Shown: positions 1-9,414 of the stretch, in pieces | Position numbering within the stretch: position 1 is the stretch's first letter | Layout of the letters: every line of letters starts with the position of its first letter | Assembly (NCBI GenBank): GCA_035627655.1 | Contig: DASPLI010000001.1 | Location: 323,355 to 387,354 of the forward strand | DNA from: Minisyncoccota bacterium | GTDB taxonomy: Bacteria > Patescibacteriota > Minisyncoccia > Phycocordibacterales > Phycocordibacteraceae | Length of the DNA stretch: 64,000 bases | Direction of reading: 5' to 3' | Translations under genes and position numbers: made by a program | Notes under the pieces: generated by a model | The model's database searches: none | Seen by the model: the letters and a program-made list of their open reading frames with translations, nothing else | Told to the model about the DNA's origin: nothing

Positions 1-1231
1 GATTTTTGAAGACAACGCTCTTTTGGATGAGTGCATGCGTACCGATGATGAGCGGGATCTCGCCGCCAGCGACCCACTTGGCAAGCTGGGTACGCGAGAT
101 TCTCGTTGCTTCTTCGCTGCGCACTTTGGAGGGAAACTTGTAACACTCCTTGCCGGTAATGAGTGCGATTTGCATCTGGTGTTTCTTGAAGTACTGAATG
201 AAGGAGGCGAAATGCTGTTTGGCAAGAATTTCGGTCGGCACCATGTAGGCCACCTGCAGGTGGCGATTTCCCTCGCCGCGTGCGTTTGCAACCGCGTATG
301 CGGCTGTGGCGGCAACGGCAGTCTTGCCGCTGCCGACATCTCCTTCAAGAAGCCGGAGCATGGGGTGTGGGCGCTCGAAGTCGCCGAGAATTGCTGCGAC
401 CGCATTTTTCTGCGCGTTGGTCGGCGCAAACGGGAAGTCGCTCATAAAGGAGTCGATATCATCCCGATCGACGGTAAACGCCGGCGCGTCCGCATGCTCA
501 GCAAGTGCGCGCGACTGCTGTACCGCAAGCTGCATCACGAAAACCTCCTCAAACGCAAATCGCTTCTTTGCCGCCTGCGCGTCCGCATCTTTCTTGGGCG
601 CGTGTATCCAAACGAGCGCGGTTGCCACTCCGGGCAGGGAATAGCGCGTCCGCAGTTCTTCCGGCAGCACGTCTTCAAACGACTCATGCGCGCGTTCCTT
701 GAGGAGTCTGCCAACCGCATGCCGGAGCCAAAGCGAGGTCACTCCTTTTGTTTCCGGATAGACGGGGAACAAGTCAGGACTCTCTCCGCCAAACAGAGAT
801 TCGTGCGACACCTGCGGCAGCGCTTCCGCCTTCTCGACGGCAGGGTTCGTGAGATAGAGCTTGCCGGGTGTGCCGGCAATCTTTCCCGTGAGCTTTACGA
901 GTCCCTCGCGCTCGGCGACCTTTGCCATATACGGCTGCCGGAACCACATCACCTTGAGGCGTCCGCTCCCATCTTCCAGATACGCTTCGGCAGATGGCGT
1001 GCGCGTCTTCCAGGTCTTGCGGGCTTTCGCGCCCTTGAGAACACCATAGAGGGTGACCGTTTCCCCGGGAACTAGACCGGCGATCGACTTTATCCCGCCC
1101 GAGGATTCGTACCGGTTCGGGAAATGGTAGAGGAGGTCGCGCACGGTGCGAATGCCGAGCCGCGTCAGTGCCGCCTTCTGTTCAGGGCGCAGGCGGGGGA
1201 AGTAGGTAGCCAGGGAATCTCGGGGAGACAT
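1..1231 (-). CDS. recG: ATP-dependent DNA helicase RecG, N-terminal ~410 aa; C-terminus lies beyond the window start
   Basis: Minus-strand translation from ATG at 1231 gives a wedge domain, then Walker A 'GDVGSGKTAVA' and 'YMVPTEILAKQH' (RecG helicase motif I/Ia). The + strand ORF 23..1075 is its antisense. Confidence 0.8.
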   Translation of the reverse strand, partial: MSPRDSLATYFPRLRPEQKAALTRLGIRTVRDLLYHFPNRYESSGGIKSIAGLVPGETVTLYGVLKGAKARKTWKTRTPSAEAYLEDGSGRLKVMWFRQPYMAKVAEREGLVKLTGKIAGTPGKLYLTNPAVEKAEALPQVSHESLFGGESPDLFPVYPETKGVTSLWLRHAVGRLLKERAHESFEDVLPEELRTRYSLPGVATALVWIHAPKKDADAQAAKKRFAFEEVFVMQLAVQQSRALAEHADAPAFTVDRDDIDSFMSDFPFAPTNAQKNAVAAILGDFERPHPMLRLLEGDVGSGKTAVAATAAYAVANARGEGNRHLQVAYMVPTEILAKQHFASFIQYFKKHQMQIALITGKECYKFPSKVRSEEATRISRTQLAKWVAGGEIPLIIGTHALIQKSVVFKN

Positions 1232-1289
1232 TGCGTCCACAGTATACGCTTCTTAGGTTCTTCACTTACATACGTCATACTACGAGTAC

Positions 1290-2441
1290 ATGTCGCGTCT
1301 TTATAGTATGCGTATCGCCTTGCTCGTCGTGTTCGTCGCGCTTCTGGCTGCCGTTGCCGGTAGCGCGCTTGCCGCTTTCCCGGAAACAACCTCTCCTGAG
1401 GATCTGCGCGCAAAGTATCAAAACGGGACCGTGCGAATACTTATTATGCCCGGGCACGAGCCGACGTATGGTGGCGCGGAGCAGAACGGTCTTCGGGAGC
1501 GGGATATTGCCGTACAGATTTCAAACAAGCTTGCCGAGCTCCTGCGTACCAACCCGCGGTATGAAGTGACGGTTGCTCGCGATACCGCGTCTTGGCACCC
1601 TGACCTTGATACGTACTTTGAGGAAGAATGGAAAGATATTCAGACGTTTGTAAAAACAAAGAAGCGCGCGATGGAACGTATGGTCCGGCGCGGAGATGTA
1701 GAGGACCGCTCGTTTGAAGTCGCGCACAATACGGCGGCGACGGATGTTGCGTACCGCCTCTACGGCATCAACAAGTGGGCGAACGAGGAGGGATACGATC
1801 TTGCAATTCACGTACATCTCAACGATAACGTTGGCGCTGAGTTTCAATCAGGATTCGCGGTGTACGTACCGGACCAGCAGTATGGCAACGCCCGAGCATC
1901 GCGGGCAGTGGGCGAGGCAATCGCGTTTGAGTTGAACGATTTCAACGCCACCTCAACGCTGCCGATTGAAAACCATGGCATCGTCGAAGATCAAGACCTG
2001 ATCGCGCTCGGCGCTTTCAATACGGCTGACTTCGCGAGCTTATTGGTTGAGTACGGGTATATCTATGAGTCGAAGATCGCACATCCAGAGGCGCGCTCAG
2101 TAGTGTTTGATGACATGGCCTACCAAACCTATCGTGGTCTGCAGGACTTCTTTGGCGATCCGGTCTCCGGCGACAACACGCTTGCGCTCCCGTTTGCATG
2201 GACCGTGGATTCGCTTGTGGTTGGGTCATCGAGTCCGCAGGCGTATGCCCTTCAGGCAGCACTCCATCGTCTGGGCTTCTATCCACCTCAGGGACAACTT
2301 CTGATCGGCTGTCCTATTTCCGGCTATGTAGGCGAGTGCACCATACAGGCTTTGAAAGCATTCCAAGCAGCAAAAGGTCTTGAGCAGACCGGATCGATCG
2401 GTCCGCGTACGAAAGCAGCGCTCCAAGCAGCAGGGTTCTAG
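1290..2441 (+). CDS. N-acetylmuramoyl-L-alanine amidase (Amidase_3-like) with a C-terminal peptidoglycan-binding domain; secreted
   Basis: N-terminal signal peptide (LLVVFVALLAAVAGSALA). 'ILIMPGHEPTYGG' zinc-amidase motif. C-terminal 'ALQAALHRLGFY...GSIGPRTKAALQAA' resembles PG_binding_1. Confidence 0.65.
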   Translation: MSRLYSMRIALLVVFVALLAAVAGSALAAFPETTSPEDLRAKYQNGTVRILIMPGHEPTYGGAEQNGLRERDIAVQISNKLAELLRTNPRYEVTVARDTASWHPDLDTYFEEEWKDIQTFVKTKKRAMERMVRRGDVEDRSFEVAHNTAATDVAYRLYGINKWANEEGYDLAIHVHLNDNVGAEFQSGFAVYVPDQQYGNARASRAVGEAIAFELNDFNATSTLPIENHGIVEDQDLIALGAFNTADFASLLVEYGYIYESKIAHPEARSVVFDDMAYQTYRGLQDFFGDPVSGDNTLALPFAWTVDSLVVGSSSPQAYALQAALHRLGFYPPQGQLLIGCPISGYVGECTIQALKAFQAAKGLEQTGSIGPRTKAALQAAGF

Positions 2442-2899
2442 CGCGTGTAGCGATTTGCGAGAACGTAGGCGCCTGCCCAAAAGAGGCCAAGCAAGAAACC
2501 AGCGAGGACCTGGAGCGGCGTGTGTACGCCAAGGTCGACGCGGCTGAGCCCGATTGCAAGCGCGCCAAGCACGCAGGAAACGTATATGAGGTAACGGATC
2601 GGCGCTCTGAAATCTTTGGCCAGGTAGCAGCCGATAAGCGCGAGGAAGGCTGCGCCGGTCGCATGCCCACTCGGGAACGCGTAGCCCGTCACTTCTACAA
2701 GCATTTGTTCAGGGCGCTCAACTTTAAAGAGCTCCTTGAGACCGTTGACTGATAAAAGGAGTCCGAGCGTGGCAGTAGAAAGTAGAAACGCCTGCCGAAG
2801 GCGATGCTTCAGGACTTGGTAAATCAAGAGCGCACACACGATCGCGAAGAAGCCTTCCGTGCTTGCGATGATCGTGAAAACAAAGACGTAGAGATCCAC
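2438..2899 (-). CDS. PAP2-family membrane phosphatase (undecaprenyl-diphosphatase-like)
   Basis: 'PSGHA' and 'SRVDLGVHTP' PAP2 motifs; multiple TM helices. Confidence 0.6.
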   Translation of the reverse strand: MDLYVFVFTIIASTEGFFAIVCALLIYQVLKHRLRQAFLLSTATLGLLLSVNGLKELFKVERPEQMLVEVTGYAFPSGHATGAAFLALIGCYLAKDFRAPIRYLIYVSCVLGALAIGLSRVDLGVHTPLQVLAGFLLGLFWAGAYVLANRYTR

Positions 2900-2962
2900 A
2901 GGGAAGAGTATAGCAATAGATGCAAAAGCGCCCCGGAACGAGTCCGGGGCACTTCAAGGTAC

Positions 2963-3889
2963 TTACTGCGGCGGCTGAGGAAGGTGCGGCACTTGCACCA
3001 ACATCGTCGCAATCAGAAACAGGGCGAGCCCTGCATACATGCCGAACCAGGCCCAACGCTGTGAAGGCGTTAGATCCGGACGCGTGTCTGGTTCTTCAAG
3101 CTCGTTTTCCCGGCGTACCGCAGCGACAATTGCCACGATGACGAAGGGGAGTGTGATGACGCAGTCGAAGATATCAAGCCACATGGGCTGGCTGCTGAAG
3201 CCGAGCGCCATCAAGGTTGCCATGGTGAGCCAGCAGCCGGTAATGAGTCCCGCACGCCACCTGAGTGGAATGATGCGGAATTCGAACAGCACCAGGATCC
3301 AGATGTAGAGGATCACTGGCTCTCGAAGCAGTACTGAGAAGACCGCGAGTGCGGTCAACCCGATGTACTTGAACCACTGGCCGACTGCCTGAGTCACCCG
3401 TCCGCCGTCAAGCGGGCTGATGGGCAGCAGGTTGAAGAGGTTCAAGAATGCGCCGAGATAGCTGCCGACCAGCAGAATGTGGGACAGTGGCGTGTCGCGC
3501 GGAAGAACGAACCATGCGCCGAGGACGGCGAGGGTTCCGATCGTTCCGAGCAGCGGTCCGCCAAATCCCACAAAGGCTTCCGTGTCTCGATCCCCGAACT
3601 TCGGCGCAAAGATTGCCGCGCCGAGGAAGGGGATAAAGACGGGCGTGGGAGTGTCATACCCCCGCATCCGCATCGCGACCACGTGCCCCATCTCGTGGAT
3701 GAGGAGCAGTACGACGAAGAGGATGGCCAGCCATGGGCCAAAGAGAAACGCATACGCGATTGCCGAGATCGACATGGTGATGAACATCAACATGGGCTTG
3801 GCAACCTTGAGGAGCTTCAAGAGTTTGGCGGCCTTCGTAAACAGTGCCAGGCCGACAACAAAGAGGCTCCCCTTACTCCGTTCTTGCAT
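2963..3889 (-). CDS. M50 (site-2 protease family) membrane zinc metalloprotease
   Basis: 'HEMGH' zinc motif in a TM helix; 'NLLPISPLDGGRV' M50 signature. Confidence 0.7.
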   Translation of the reverse strand: MQERSKGSLFVVGLALFTKAAKLLKLLKVAKPMLMFITMSISAIAYAFLFGPWLAILFVVLLLIHEMGHVVAMRMRGYDTPTPVFIPFLGAAIFAPKFGDRDTEAFVGFGGPLLGTIGTLAVLGAWFVLPRDTPLSHILLVGSYLGAFLNLFNLLPISPLDGGRVTQAVGQWFKYIGLTALAVFSVLLREPVILYIWILVLFEFRIIPLRWRAGLITGCWLTMATLMALGFSSQPMWLDIFDCVITLPFVIVAIVAAVRRENELEEPDTRPDLTPSQRWAWFGMYAGLALFLIATMLVQVPHLPQPPQ

Positions 3890-4029
3890 TGAGCTCTCCT
3901 GTATTGAAAGAGCGACCCGGTACCGTACCGGGTCGTATTACAATGCCAGGTTTATGGAAAGAGTCAACGCATCGGCGTCCTTGCTACAATCTTCCAATAT
4001 TCCTAAGCAATGCCTGGCATACAGGCACC

Positions 4030-5169
4030 ATGATTTCTATGACCGGTGACGAACTTCTCGCAACGTATCGACAGGTAGGCGGACGCATTGAAACGAAAGG
4101 AAAAGTGGAGCTGGCGTCCCGAGAAGATTTCGCAACGTTCTATACCCCTGGCGTCGGTACCATTTCAACGCATCTCGCTAAGCACCCGGACGAAGCGCGC
4201 GAATTTTCGGTCAAGAAAAACAGCGTCGCGGTTATTTCAGACGGTTCAGCAGTACTCGGGCTTGGAAACATTGGTCCGTATGGTGCGCTTCCGGTGATGG
4301 AAGGGAAGGCACTGATCTTCAAGCAGCTTGCAAACGTTGATGCGTGGCCGATCGTGCTCTCCACGCAGGATACGGAGAAGATTATTGAAACCATTATTGC
4401 GATAGCGCCCTCCTTCGGCGGCATCAACCTGGAAGATATTGCCGCACCGCAATGCTTTGAGATCGAGAAGCGCCTCATCGAAGCGCTCGACATTCCCGTC
4501 ATGCATGACGACCAGCACGGAACGGCAATTGTCGTACTTGCCGGTCTCATCAACGGCGCGAAAGTCGTAGAGAAGGAGCTGACCGAATTGAAGGTGGTCA
4601 TTATTGGCGCAGGCGCTGCAGGTGCTGCAACGGCAAAACTCCTGGTGGCAGCCGGCATCAAGGATGTTGTTCTCGTGGATCGTGCGGGCATCATCGTCAA
4701 AGGTCGGGCTGACTTGAGTGGTGTCAAAGAAGAGCTTGCGCACCTCACCAACCCGCGCGGGGTAACAGGCGCGCTTGAAGACGCGATGATTGGTGCAGAC
4801 GTCGTCATTGGACTATCTGGCGGCGGCAAGCTCTCGCAGGAGCACATCAAGAGCATGAGCGCCCGTTCAATGGTGTTCGCGCTTGCAAATCCGGTCCCAG
4901 AAATCATGCCGGACGATGCAAAGGCTGCAGGAGCTGCGGTGATTGCGACCGGACGTTCCGATTTCCCGAACCAAATCAACAACGCGCTCGTGTTCCCAGG
5001 CGTATTCCGCGGCGTCTTTGATGCTGGCATTCGACGCATTACGGATGATATGAAACTTAAGGCAGCGGCAGCGCTCGCGTCTTTGGTTGAGGCGCCCACC
5101 GCCGACGCGGTCATGCCGTCCATTCTTGATCCGAAGGTTGTACCAACGATCGCAAACGCACTTCGCTAA
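4030..5169 (+). CDS. NAD(P)-dependent malic enzyme (small form)
   Basis: 'LATYRQVGGRIE', 'FYTPGVG', 'VISDGSAVLGLGNIG' and 'VIIGAGAAGAATAKLL' Rossmann motif. The ORF-track start at 3844 is probably an N-terminal over-extension; internal ATG at 4030 used. Confidence 0.75.
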   Translation: MISMTGDELLATYRQVGGRIETKGKVELASREDFATFYTPGVGTISTHLAKHPDEAREFSVKKNSVAVISDGSAVLGLGNIGPYGALPVMEGKALIFKQLANVDAWPIVLSTQDTEKIIETIIAIAPSFGGINLEDIAAPQCFEIEKRLIEALDIPVMHDDQHGTAIVVLAGLINGAKVVEKELTELKVVIIGAGAAGAATAKLLVAAGIKDVVLVDRAGIIVKGRADLSGVKEELAHLTNPRGVTGALEDAMIGADVVIGLSGGGKLSQEHIKSMSARSMVFALANPVPEIMPDDAKAAGAAVIATGRSDFPNQINNALVFPGVFRGVFDAGIRRITDDMKLKAAAALASLVEAPTADAVMPSILDPKVVPTIANALR

Positions 5170-5849
5170 ACGTTTGCTTTGGCGTTGTCGCGCAAGCGGT
5201 AGTCGTTCACAACGTTGTGCGCAAGTCGCGTCGGCTCCGGCAGCCGATGTTTGCGTACACAAGAAAAGACAATCGAAACTGACTCCTCAAGTGTGATTTT
5301 GTGCCCGGGCGAAACAAAGACGGGAAGTACGCCGCGCTTCGTGCGAAGCGCCGCGCCGATGGTCTCGCTGGTTCTCGGATCTCGAAGCGGTGCGGAAGCG
5401 CCCGGTTCGTCTGCAGGATCTTCGTAAATACCGGTCAGTACTTTTTTTGAACAGCCGATAGTTGGTATATCAAGCGTAAGTCCCAAATGCGATGCGATAC
5501 CAAGACGCCGCGGATGCGCGATGCCAACACCGTCGACAATGAGCACATCCGGCTTCTGCGTGAGCAGCTCCCAGGCAGAGAGAAGCATCGGAATCTCACG
5601 AAATGAGAGGAGGCCGGGGATATACGGAAAGGGAATCGTCTCTTTCGTCACCGCGTGGTCGCACAGGTCAAGATCCGGATACCACATGCTCACAAACCCG
5701 GCGAACCCCTCGGTAGAGAACCGATCCATGGAGACGTCGCATCCGCCGATAAGCTTTGGCGGTGTCGGGAGCGGAGTCAGCAAGACTTGCGGCTGGAGCC
5801 GCTTCTGAATCTCGATTGCCTCCGTTGGTGTAACGGTAAGACCGGTCAT
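5166..5849 (-). CDS. nfi: Endonuclease V (deoxyinosine 3' endonuclease)
   Basis: 'GGCDVS', 'PYIPGLLSFRE', 'LIVDGVGIAHPRRLGIASHLGL', 'IGCSK' - canonical Nfi motifs. Confidence 0.8.
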   Translation of the reverse strand: MTGLTVTPTEAIEIQKRLQPQVLLTPLPTPPKLIGGCDVSMDRFSTEGFAGFVSMWYPDLDLCDHAVTKETIPFPYIPGLLSFREIPMLLSAWELLTQKPDVLIVDGVGIAHPRRLGIASHLGLTLDIPTIGCSKKVLTGIYEDPADEPGASAPLRDPRTSETIGAALRTKRGVLPVFVSPGHKITLEESVSIVFSCVRKHRLPEPTRLAHNVVNDYRLRDNAKANV

Positions 5850-5896
5850 ATGCGTGCCACTGTATATGCTCCACTATGGATTTTTTCGTGAAGCGT

Positions 5897-5925
5897 ACGA
5901 AACCTTGACCTGACTATACATTTAT
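5897..5925 (+). promoter_or_regulatory. Candidate sigma70-type promoter upstream of the Ubl-conjugation operon
   Basis: TTGACC, 17-nt spacer, TATAAC about 120 nt upstream of the 6046 start, in the intergenic region after nfi. Confidence 0.25.
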
Positions 5926-6045
5926 TATATAACCCGCCGAGGTATGCGTCCTTTGACACTGCAAAGTACTCATGCTCAAACGCAACTCATCCATATCGGG
6001 CCGGGCGATTGATCCTGTCCCGAGCAACCAGGAGAACGCGTTAGA

Positions 6046-7452
6046 ATGCGTAACTACTTCATCAACCATACGCCAGTCCGCGAAACCGGGCTGCGCGAGG
6101 CTGAAGTGCCATTCGAGCTCTTCACCATTAGCCGGCAGAAAGGCTTCCTTATTTCAGAGGCCGATCTGCAACGAGCGCTTGATGCCATACAGTCCCGGTC
6201 AGAAGGGAGCACTCCTTCGGCCTACGACGGTATCGACGTGCTCAACGTCCGCCGAATCACGGCGGCCGAGGCAGCACCTCCGGAGCTATCTGAAGCTGCG
6301 TCCGACGGGTCGATTCGCATCACTACCGAGACGTGGAAAAAAGGCTACTACGAGGACGAACGCGAGTCCGCAAAGCGCAAGCGCCAGGTCTTCAAGGTCT
6401 TGCGCGAATATGCGCCGAGACTCGGCGTTTCCGACATCGTGGTCGTCGCGCACAACGAGCGCGACTACTATGAGGTGCCACGAACGACACCAAACAAGTT
6501 TTTCGTGTACTTCTGGTGCGCTCCTTCGGGAAGCGCACGTGATCCGATACGTGAATCCGTGTTCTGGGGCCTCTCGGCCGGCAGACCGTGGTCCGCGTGG
6601 CGGCATACCGGTCTTGGCGTGCGCATTGAAGACGATAATGAGCAGGTTGTCGGCGAACTTGTCGGCAACAATCTCTATATCCTCGAGGCGCTGCAATTCG
6701 TCGAATACCAAAACGCAATTCCGATCCTGCGCCATATCCTCGATGAGGTTGTCTTTCAACGGACGGCCACTGAGGAGGAGCGTGCGCAGCGCACGCGAGA
6801 GCGTGCACTTCAGTTACGGCCCAAATTCCGCGAGGCATACGTTGCCGCATGCGGGGGCCGATTCAAGAAGACGATCGATAGCACCAAAGTCGCAATCTCG
6901 ACCGGCAAGCAGAAAGTCGACCAGCTCACCAAAGATCTGGTCACTGCTATTCGGGAGACCGCGGGCGCCGAGCGTAAGCTTGAGCAGCTTGAAGCGGTCG
7001 GACCGTCGACCTTTGAGACCTATGGTCTTGAGTTCGATCGTCTCGTTGAGATTCCGAAGATCCGCGACGTGCGGGTCGATAACGGCGTTATCAAGGTGTT
7101 CACAGACATCTTGTACTGCGTCGATCCGCGCACCAGTATCCGCCACGAAATTGGCGCTTTCCGGATCGACATCTCGATCCATGGGAGCGTTCAGTGGCAC
7201 AACCTGACGCGCAAAGTCGACGGCTATAAGGGGCAAATGAACGCCCCGCATATCTGGAACAACGGAACGGCGTGTCTCGGCAATATGGCCGAGATCATTC
7301 CGGACCTCATTGGCCGATATGAATTCGCGGCGCTGGCGATGGTGTGCATCCAGTTCGTCGAATCGGTGAACGTGGATGATCCTGCCGGCAAAATGATCAG
7401 CAACTGGCCGGTCGCTCAAAGCGCGGGTACGCCCGTGCAAGAAGCGGCCTAA
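6046..7452 (+). CDS. E2 (UBC)-like ubiquitin-conjugating enzyme homolog; catalytic domain at the C-terminus after a ~330-aa N-terminal region with coiled-coil
   Basis: C-terminal 'NAPHIWNNGTACLGNM' matches the eukaryotic/bacterial E2 'HPN..(N)G.ICL' active-site motif including the catalytic Cys. First gene of a tightly spaced four-gene operon with JAB, E1 and Ubl. Confidence 0.55.
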   Translation: MRNYFINHTPVRETGLREAEVPFELFTISRQKGFLISEADLQRALDAIQSRSEGSTPSAYDGIDVLNVRRITAAEAAPPELSEAASDGSIRITTETWKKGYYEDERESAKRKRQVFKVLREYAPRLGVSDIVVVAHNERDYYEVPRTTPNKFFVYFWCAPSGSARDPIRESVFWGLSAGRPWSAWRHTGLGVRIEDDNEQVVGELVGNNLYILEALQFVEYQNAIPILRHILDEVVFQRTATEEERAQRTRERALQLRPKFREAYVAACGGRFKKTIDSTKVAISTGKQKVDQLTKDLVTAIRETAGAERKLEQLEAVGPSTFETYGLEFDRLVEIPKIRDVRVDNGVIKVFTDILYCVDPRTSIRHEIGAFRIDISIHGSVQWHNLTRKVDGYKGQMNAPHIWNNGTACLGNMAEIIPDLIGRYEFAALAMVCIQFVESVNVDDPAGKMISNWPVAQSAGTPVQEAA

Positions 7453-7463
7453 GGAGCAGGCGC

Positions 7464-8222
7464 ATGAAAAAGAAGAGAACAAAGAAGCGCGCAGTGGCAA
7501 ACGCTGCGCGCCCATTCGCCGCGCATGCATTCGAGCAGCGTGTCGAATTTCTCGGGCGACAACCCACGATCTTCGTGGAGCGGGAGGCATACGACCGCAT
7601 GTACCATATCGTGGACATCGCCGACGAAGAAGTCGGCTGGCTGGGGACCGTTGAACGGCTCCCGGAGGGCGACTTCCTTATTAAGGAGGTGTTCCTCCTC
7701 AAGCAGGAGGTGTCGCCTTCGCAGACCGAGCTCTCGGAAGAGGGCATCGCGCTCTTGTATCAGGAGCTCATCAGCACGCACCCCGACGGGGTGGATGCTG
7801 CAAACGAGCTTCGGTTCTGGGGCCACTCCCACGTTCGGATGGGGACCTCTCCATCCGGGCAGGACAACTCCCAAATGGGACAGTTCCAGGAAAACGGCTG
7901 TCCGTGGTTTATCCGCGGGATTCTCAACAAGCTCGGCCGCATGGAGTTCACGATCTATCTCTGGGAAGCCGGAGTGGTGATCGTGGATGCCGCGTGGTCG
8001 GTTTGTCTCGCGGTGGATGACAGTGTCCGCAGCGAGCTCGAAGAAGAATTCAAAGAGAAGGTCTCCAGTCGCCGGTACGTGGCCCCCTATAAGGGTCCCG
8101 AACGGGCGCACGTGCACATTCTGCCCGGTATGGGCATGAATGATGCGCACCTTATCGATGATGACTTCGACGGGATGGACGGCATGGGGTTTGGCGTCCC
8201 GCACAATTGGCGGGGTACCTAA
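7464..8222 (+). CDS. JAB/MPN+ (JAMM) metalloprotease, likely Ubl-processing/deconjugating isopeptidase
   Basis: 'FWGHSHVRMGTSPSGQD' is an exact H-x-H-x7-S-x2-D JAMM motif, with upstream acidic 'DIADEEVGW'. RBS-like AGGAG 8 nt upstream. Confidence 0.75.
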   Translation: MKKKRTKKRAVANAARPFAAHAFEQRVEFLGRQPTIFVEREAYDRMYHIVDIADEEVGWLGTVERLPEGDFLIKEVFLLKQEVSPSQTELSEEGIALLYQELISTHPDGVDAANELRFWGHSHVRMGTSPSGQDNSQMGQFQENGCPWFIRGILNKLGRMEFTIYLWEAGVVIVDAAWSVCLAVDDSVRSELEEEFKEKVSSRRYVAPYKGPERAHVHILPGMGMNDAHLIDDDFDGMDGMGFGVPHNWRGT

Positions 8223-8223
8223 C

Positions 8224-8913
8224 ATGCCCCTTGATCCATTGCGTCATCTCGATGTCTTCAAGCCGCACGCCTTTGGCGGTCGGCGGGTAGACGTTATCGG
8301 ATGCGGAGCTACCGGCTCGCGCATCGCGTTGTCCTTGGCGAAGCTTGGCGTGGAAGTCATCCACGTCTGGGACTTCGACAAGGTGGAAGAGCACAACCTC
8401 GCTAATCAAGGCTTCGGCCTTGAGGACGTGGGGGAGCTGAAGACCACGGCGCTTGCGCGCCTGGTTAAACGAGACGCTGGCGTGCGTATCGAAACGCACG
8501 CTGAGCGCGTCGACGGCTCGCAGCCGCTTGGAGACGTGGTGTTCCTGCTTACGGACACCATGGCTTCGCGCAAGGAGATTTGGGACCGTGGCTTGAAATT
8601 CAAGCTGCGTACCAAGCTCCTGGTGGAAACGCGTATGGGAGCCGATAGCGGCCGTGTGTACGCGTTGAATCCCAACACCCCGTTGCATACACGGGAGTGG
8701 GAGAAGACGCTCTACACGGATGAAGAGGCAGAAGTTTCCGCTTGCGGGACCTCTGTTTCGGTCGGACCAACCGCCGAAATCATCTCTGGACTCGCTGTCT
8801 GGCAGATGCTACGGTGGTTCGCCGTCGAGCAAGGAGGGGAGGATGAACTCGACAACGAGATCATCTTTTCCTTGCGGGCCATGACGATGCTGAATCGTCG
8901 ATTCAAGGCCTAA
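8224..8913 (+). CDS. Minimal E1-like adenylyltransferase (ThiF/MoeB/HesA superfamily)
   Basis: 'VDVIGCGATGSRIALSLAKLGV' glycine-rich Rossmann loop; 'DFDKVEEHNLANQ' (E1 Mg/ATP motif); downstream 'SACGTSVSVGPTAEIISGLAVWQML' crossover-loop Cys region. Start 1 nt after the JAB stop; an in-frame upstream ATG at 8140 also exists. Confidence 0.7.
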   Translation: MPLDPLRHLDVFKPHAFGGRRVDVIGCGATGSRIALSLAKLGVEVIHVWDFDKVEEHNLANQGFGLEDVGELKTTALARLVKRDAGVRIETHAERVDGSQPLGDVVFLLTDTMASRKEIWDRGLKFKLRTKLLVETRMGADSGRVYALNPNTPLHTREWEKTLYTDEEAEVSACGTSVSVGPTAEIISGLAVWQMLRWFAVEQGGEDELDNEIIFSLRAMTMLNRRFKA

Positions 8914-9012
8914 GTACTTTGCAAGCAACCTGCCTGAGCAATCAGGCACGACGGACTGCCAAGTCGAAAAACCGAGCCTTCCAACCAATCTGCTCACACA
9001 AGGGAGTATCCG

Positions 9013-9276
9013 ATGAGCAATAAGGAAAAAACTGGAACCGAAGAAACGGAAGCCGCCGGCCCGTTCGAGACGATCACCGTTCGCGTCGGGCGCGTGCCCG
9101 GCCCGATCAATCCGATTATCTTGAATGGTCGCCGCACGGTCGCTGACGCCCTCTCGGGCGCCGGCATCTCCGCAAGCGAAGGCGAAATCCGCGTCAACGG
9201 CGATCTGTCGAAGGTCGACGCCGCGCTCAACAACGGCGATACCGTTCTCTTGGTTCGGAAGATTCGCGGCAACTAA
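9013..9276 (+). CDS. Small beta-grasp ubiquitin-like protein (ThiS/MoaD-like), C-terminus ...VRKIRGN
   Basis: 87 aa; C-terminal half 'ILNGRRTV...GEIRVNGDLS...LNNGDTVLLVRKIRGN' follows the ThiS/MoaD 'NG..V......L.DGD.V' pattern. Penultimate Gly is followed by one Asn. Last gene of the operon with E2, JAB and E1. Confidence 0.55.
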   Translation: MSNKEKTGTEETEAAGPFETITVRVGRVPGPINPIILNGRRTVADALSGAGISASEGEIRVNGDLSKVDAALNNGDTVLLVRKIRGN

Positions 9277-9414
9277 CGGCGCCGCGATCATCCACTTTTG
9301 TCCAACCGTGCATAGGCTGCCGAATTAGCTTAGATCCTCGTTATGGGCGATTGATTCCTACACGAGTTCTTCACGAGCTACGAGAAGTCGAACACCCGCG
9401 GGCAGAGTGGGAAA

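Noticed and set aside
23-1075. 350-aa + strand ORF at the window start
   Set aside because: It is the antisense frame of the minus-strand recG gene (whose translation gives canonical helicase motifs); composition is Arg/Cys-rich nonsense.
4140-5123. 327-aa minus-strand ORF
   Set aside because: Antisense to the malic-enzyme gene; Ala/Ser/Thr-rich shadow ORF.
5972-7207. 411-aa + strand ORF overlapping the E2-like gene
   Set aside because: Alternative frame of the 6046..7452 CDS; Ser/Arg-rich low-complexity translation typical of an off-frame read in high-GC DNA.
6814-8225. Two 258-aa minus-strand ORFs (6814..7590, 7449..8225)
   Set aside because: Antisense shadows of the E2-like and JAB genes; no motifs; the + strand genes carry clear catalytic signatures.
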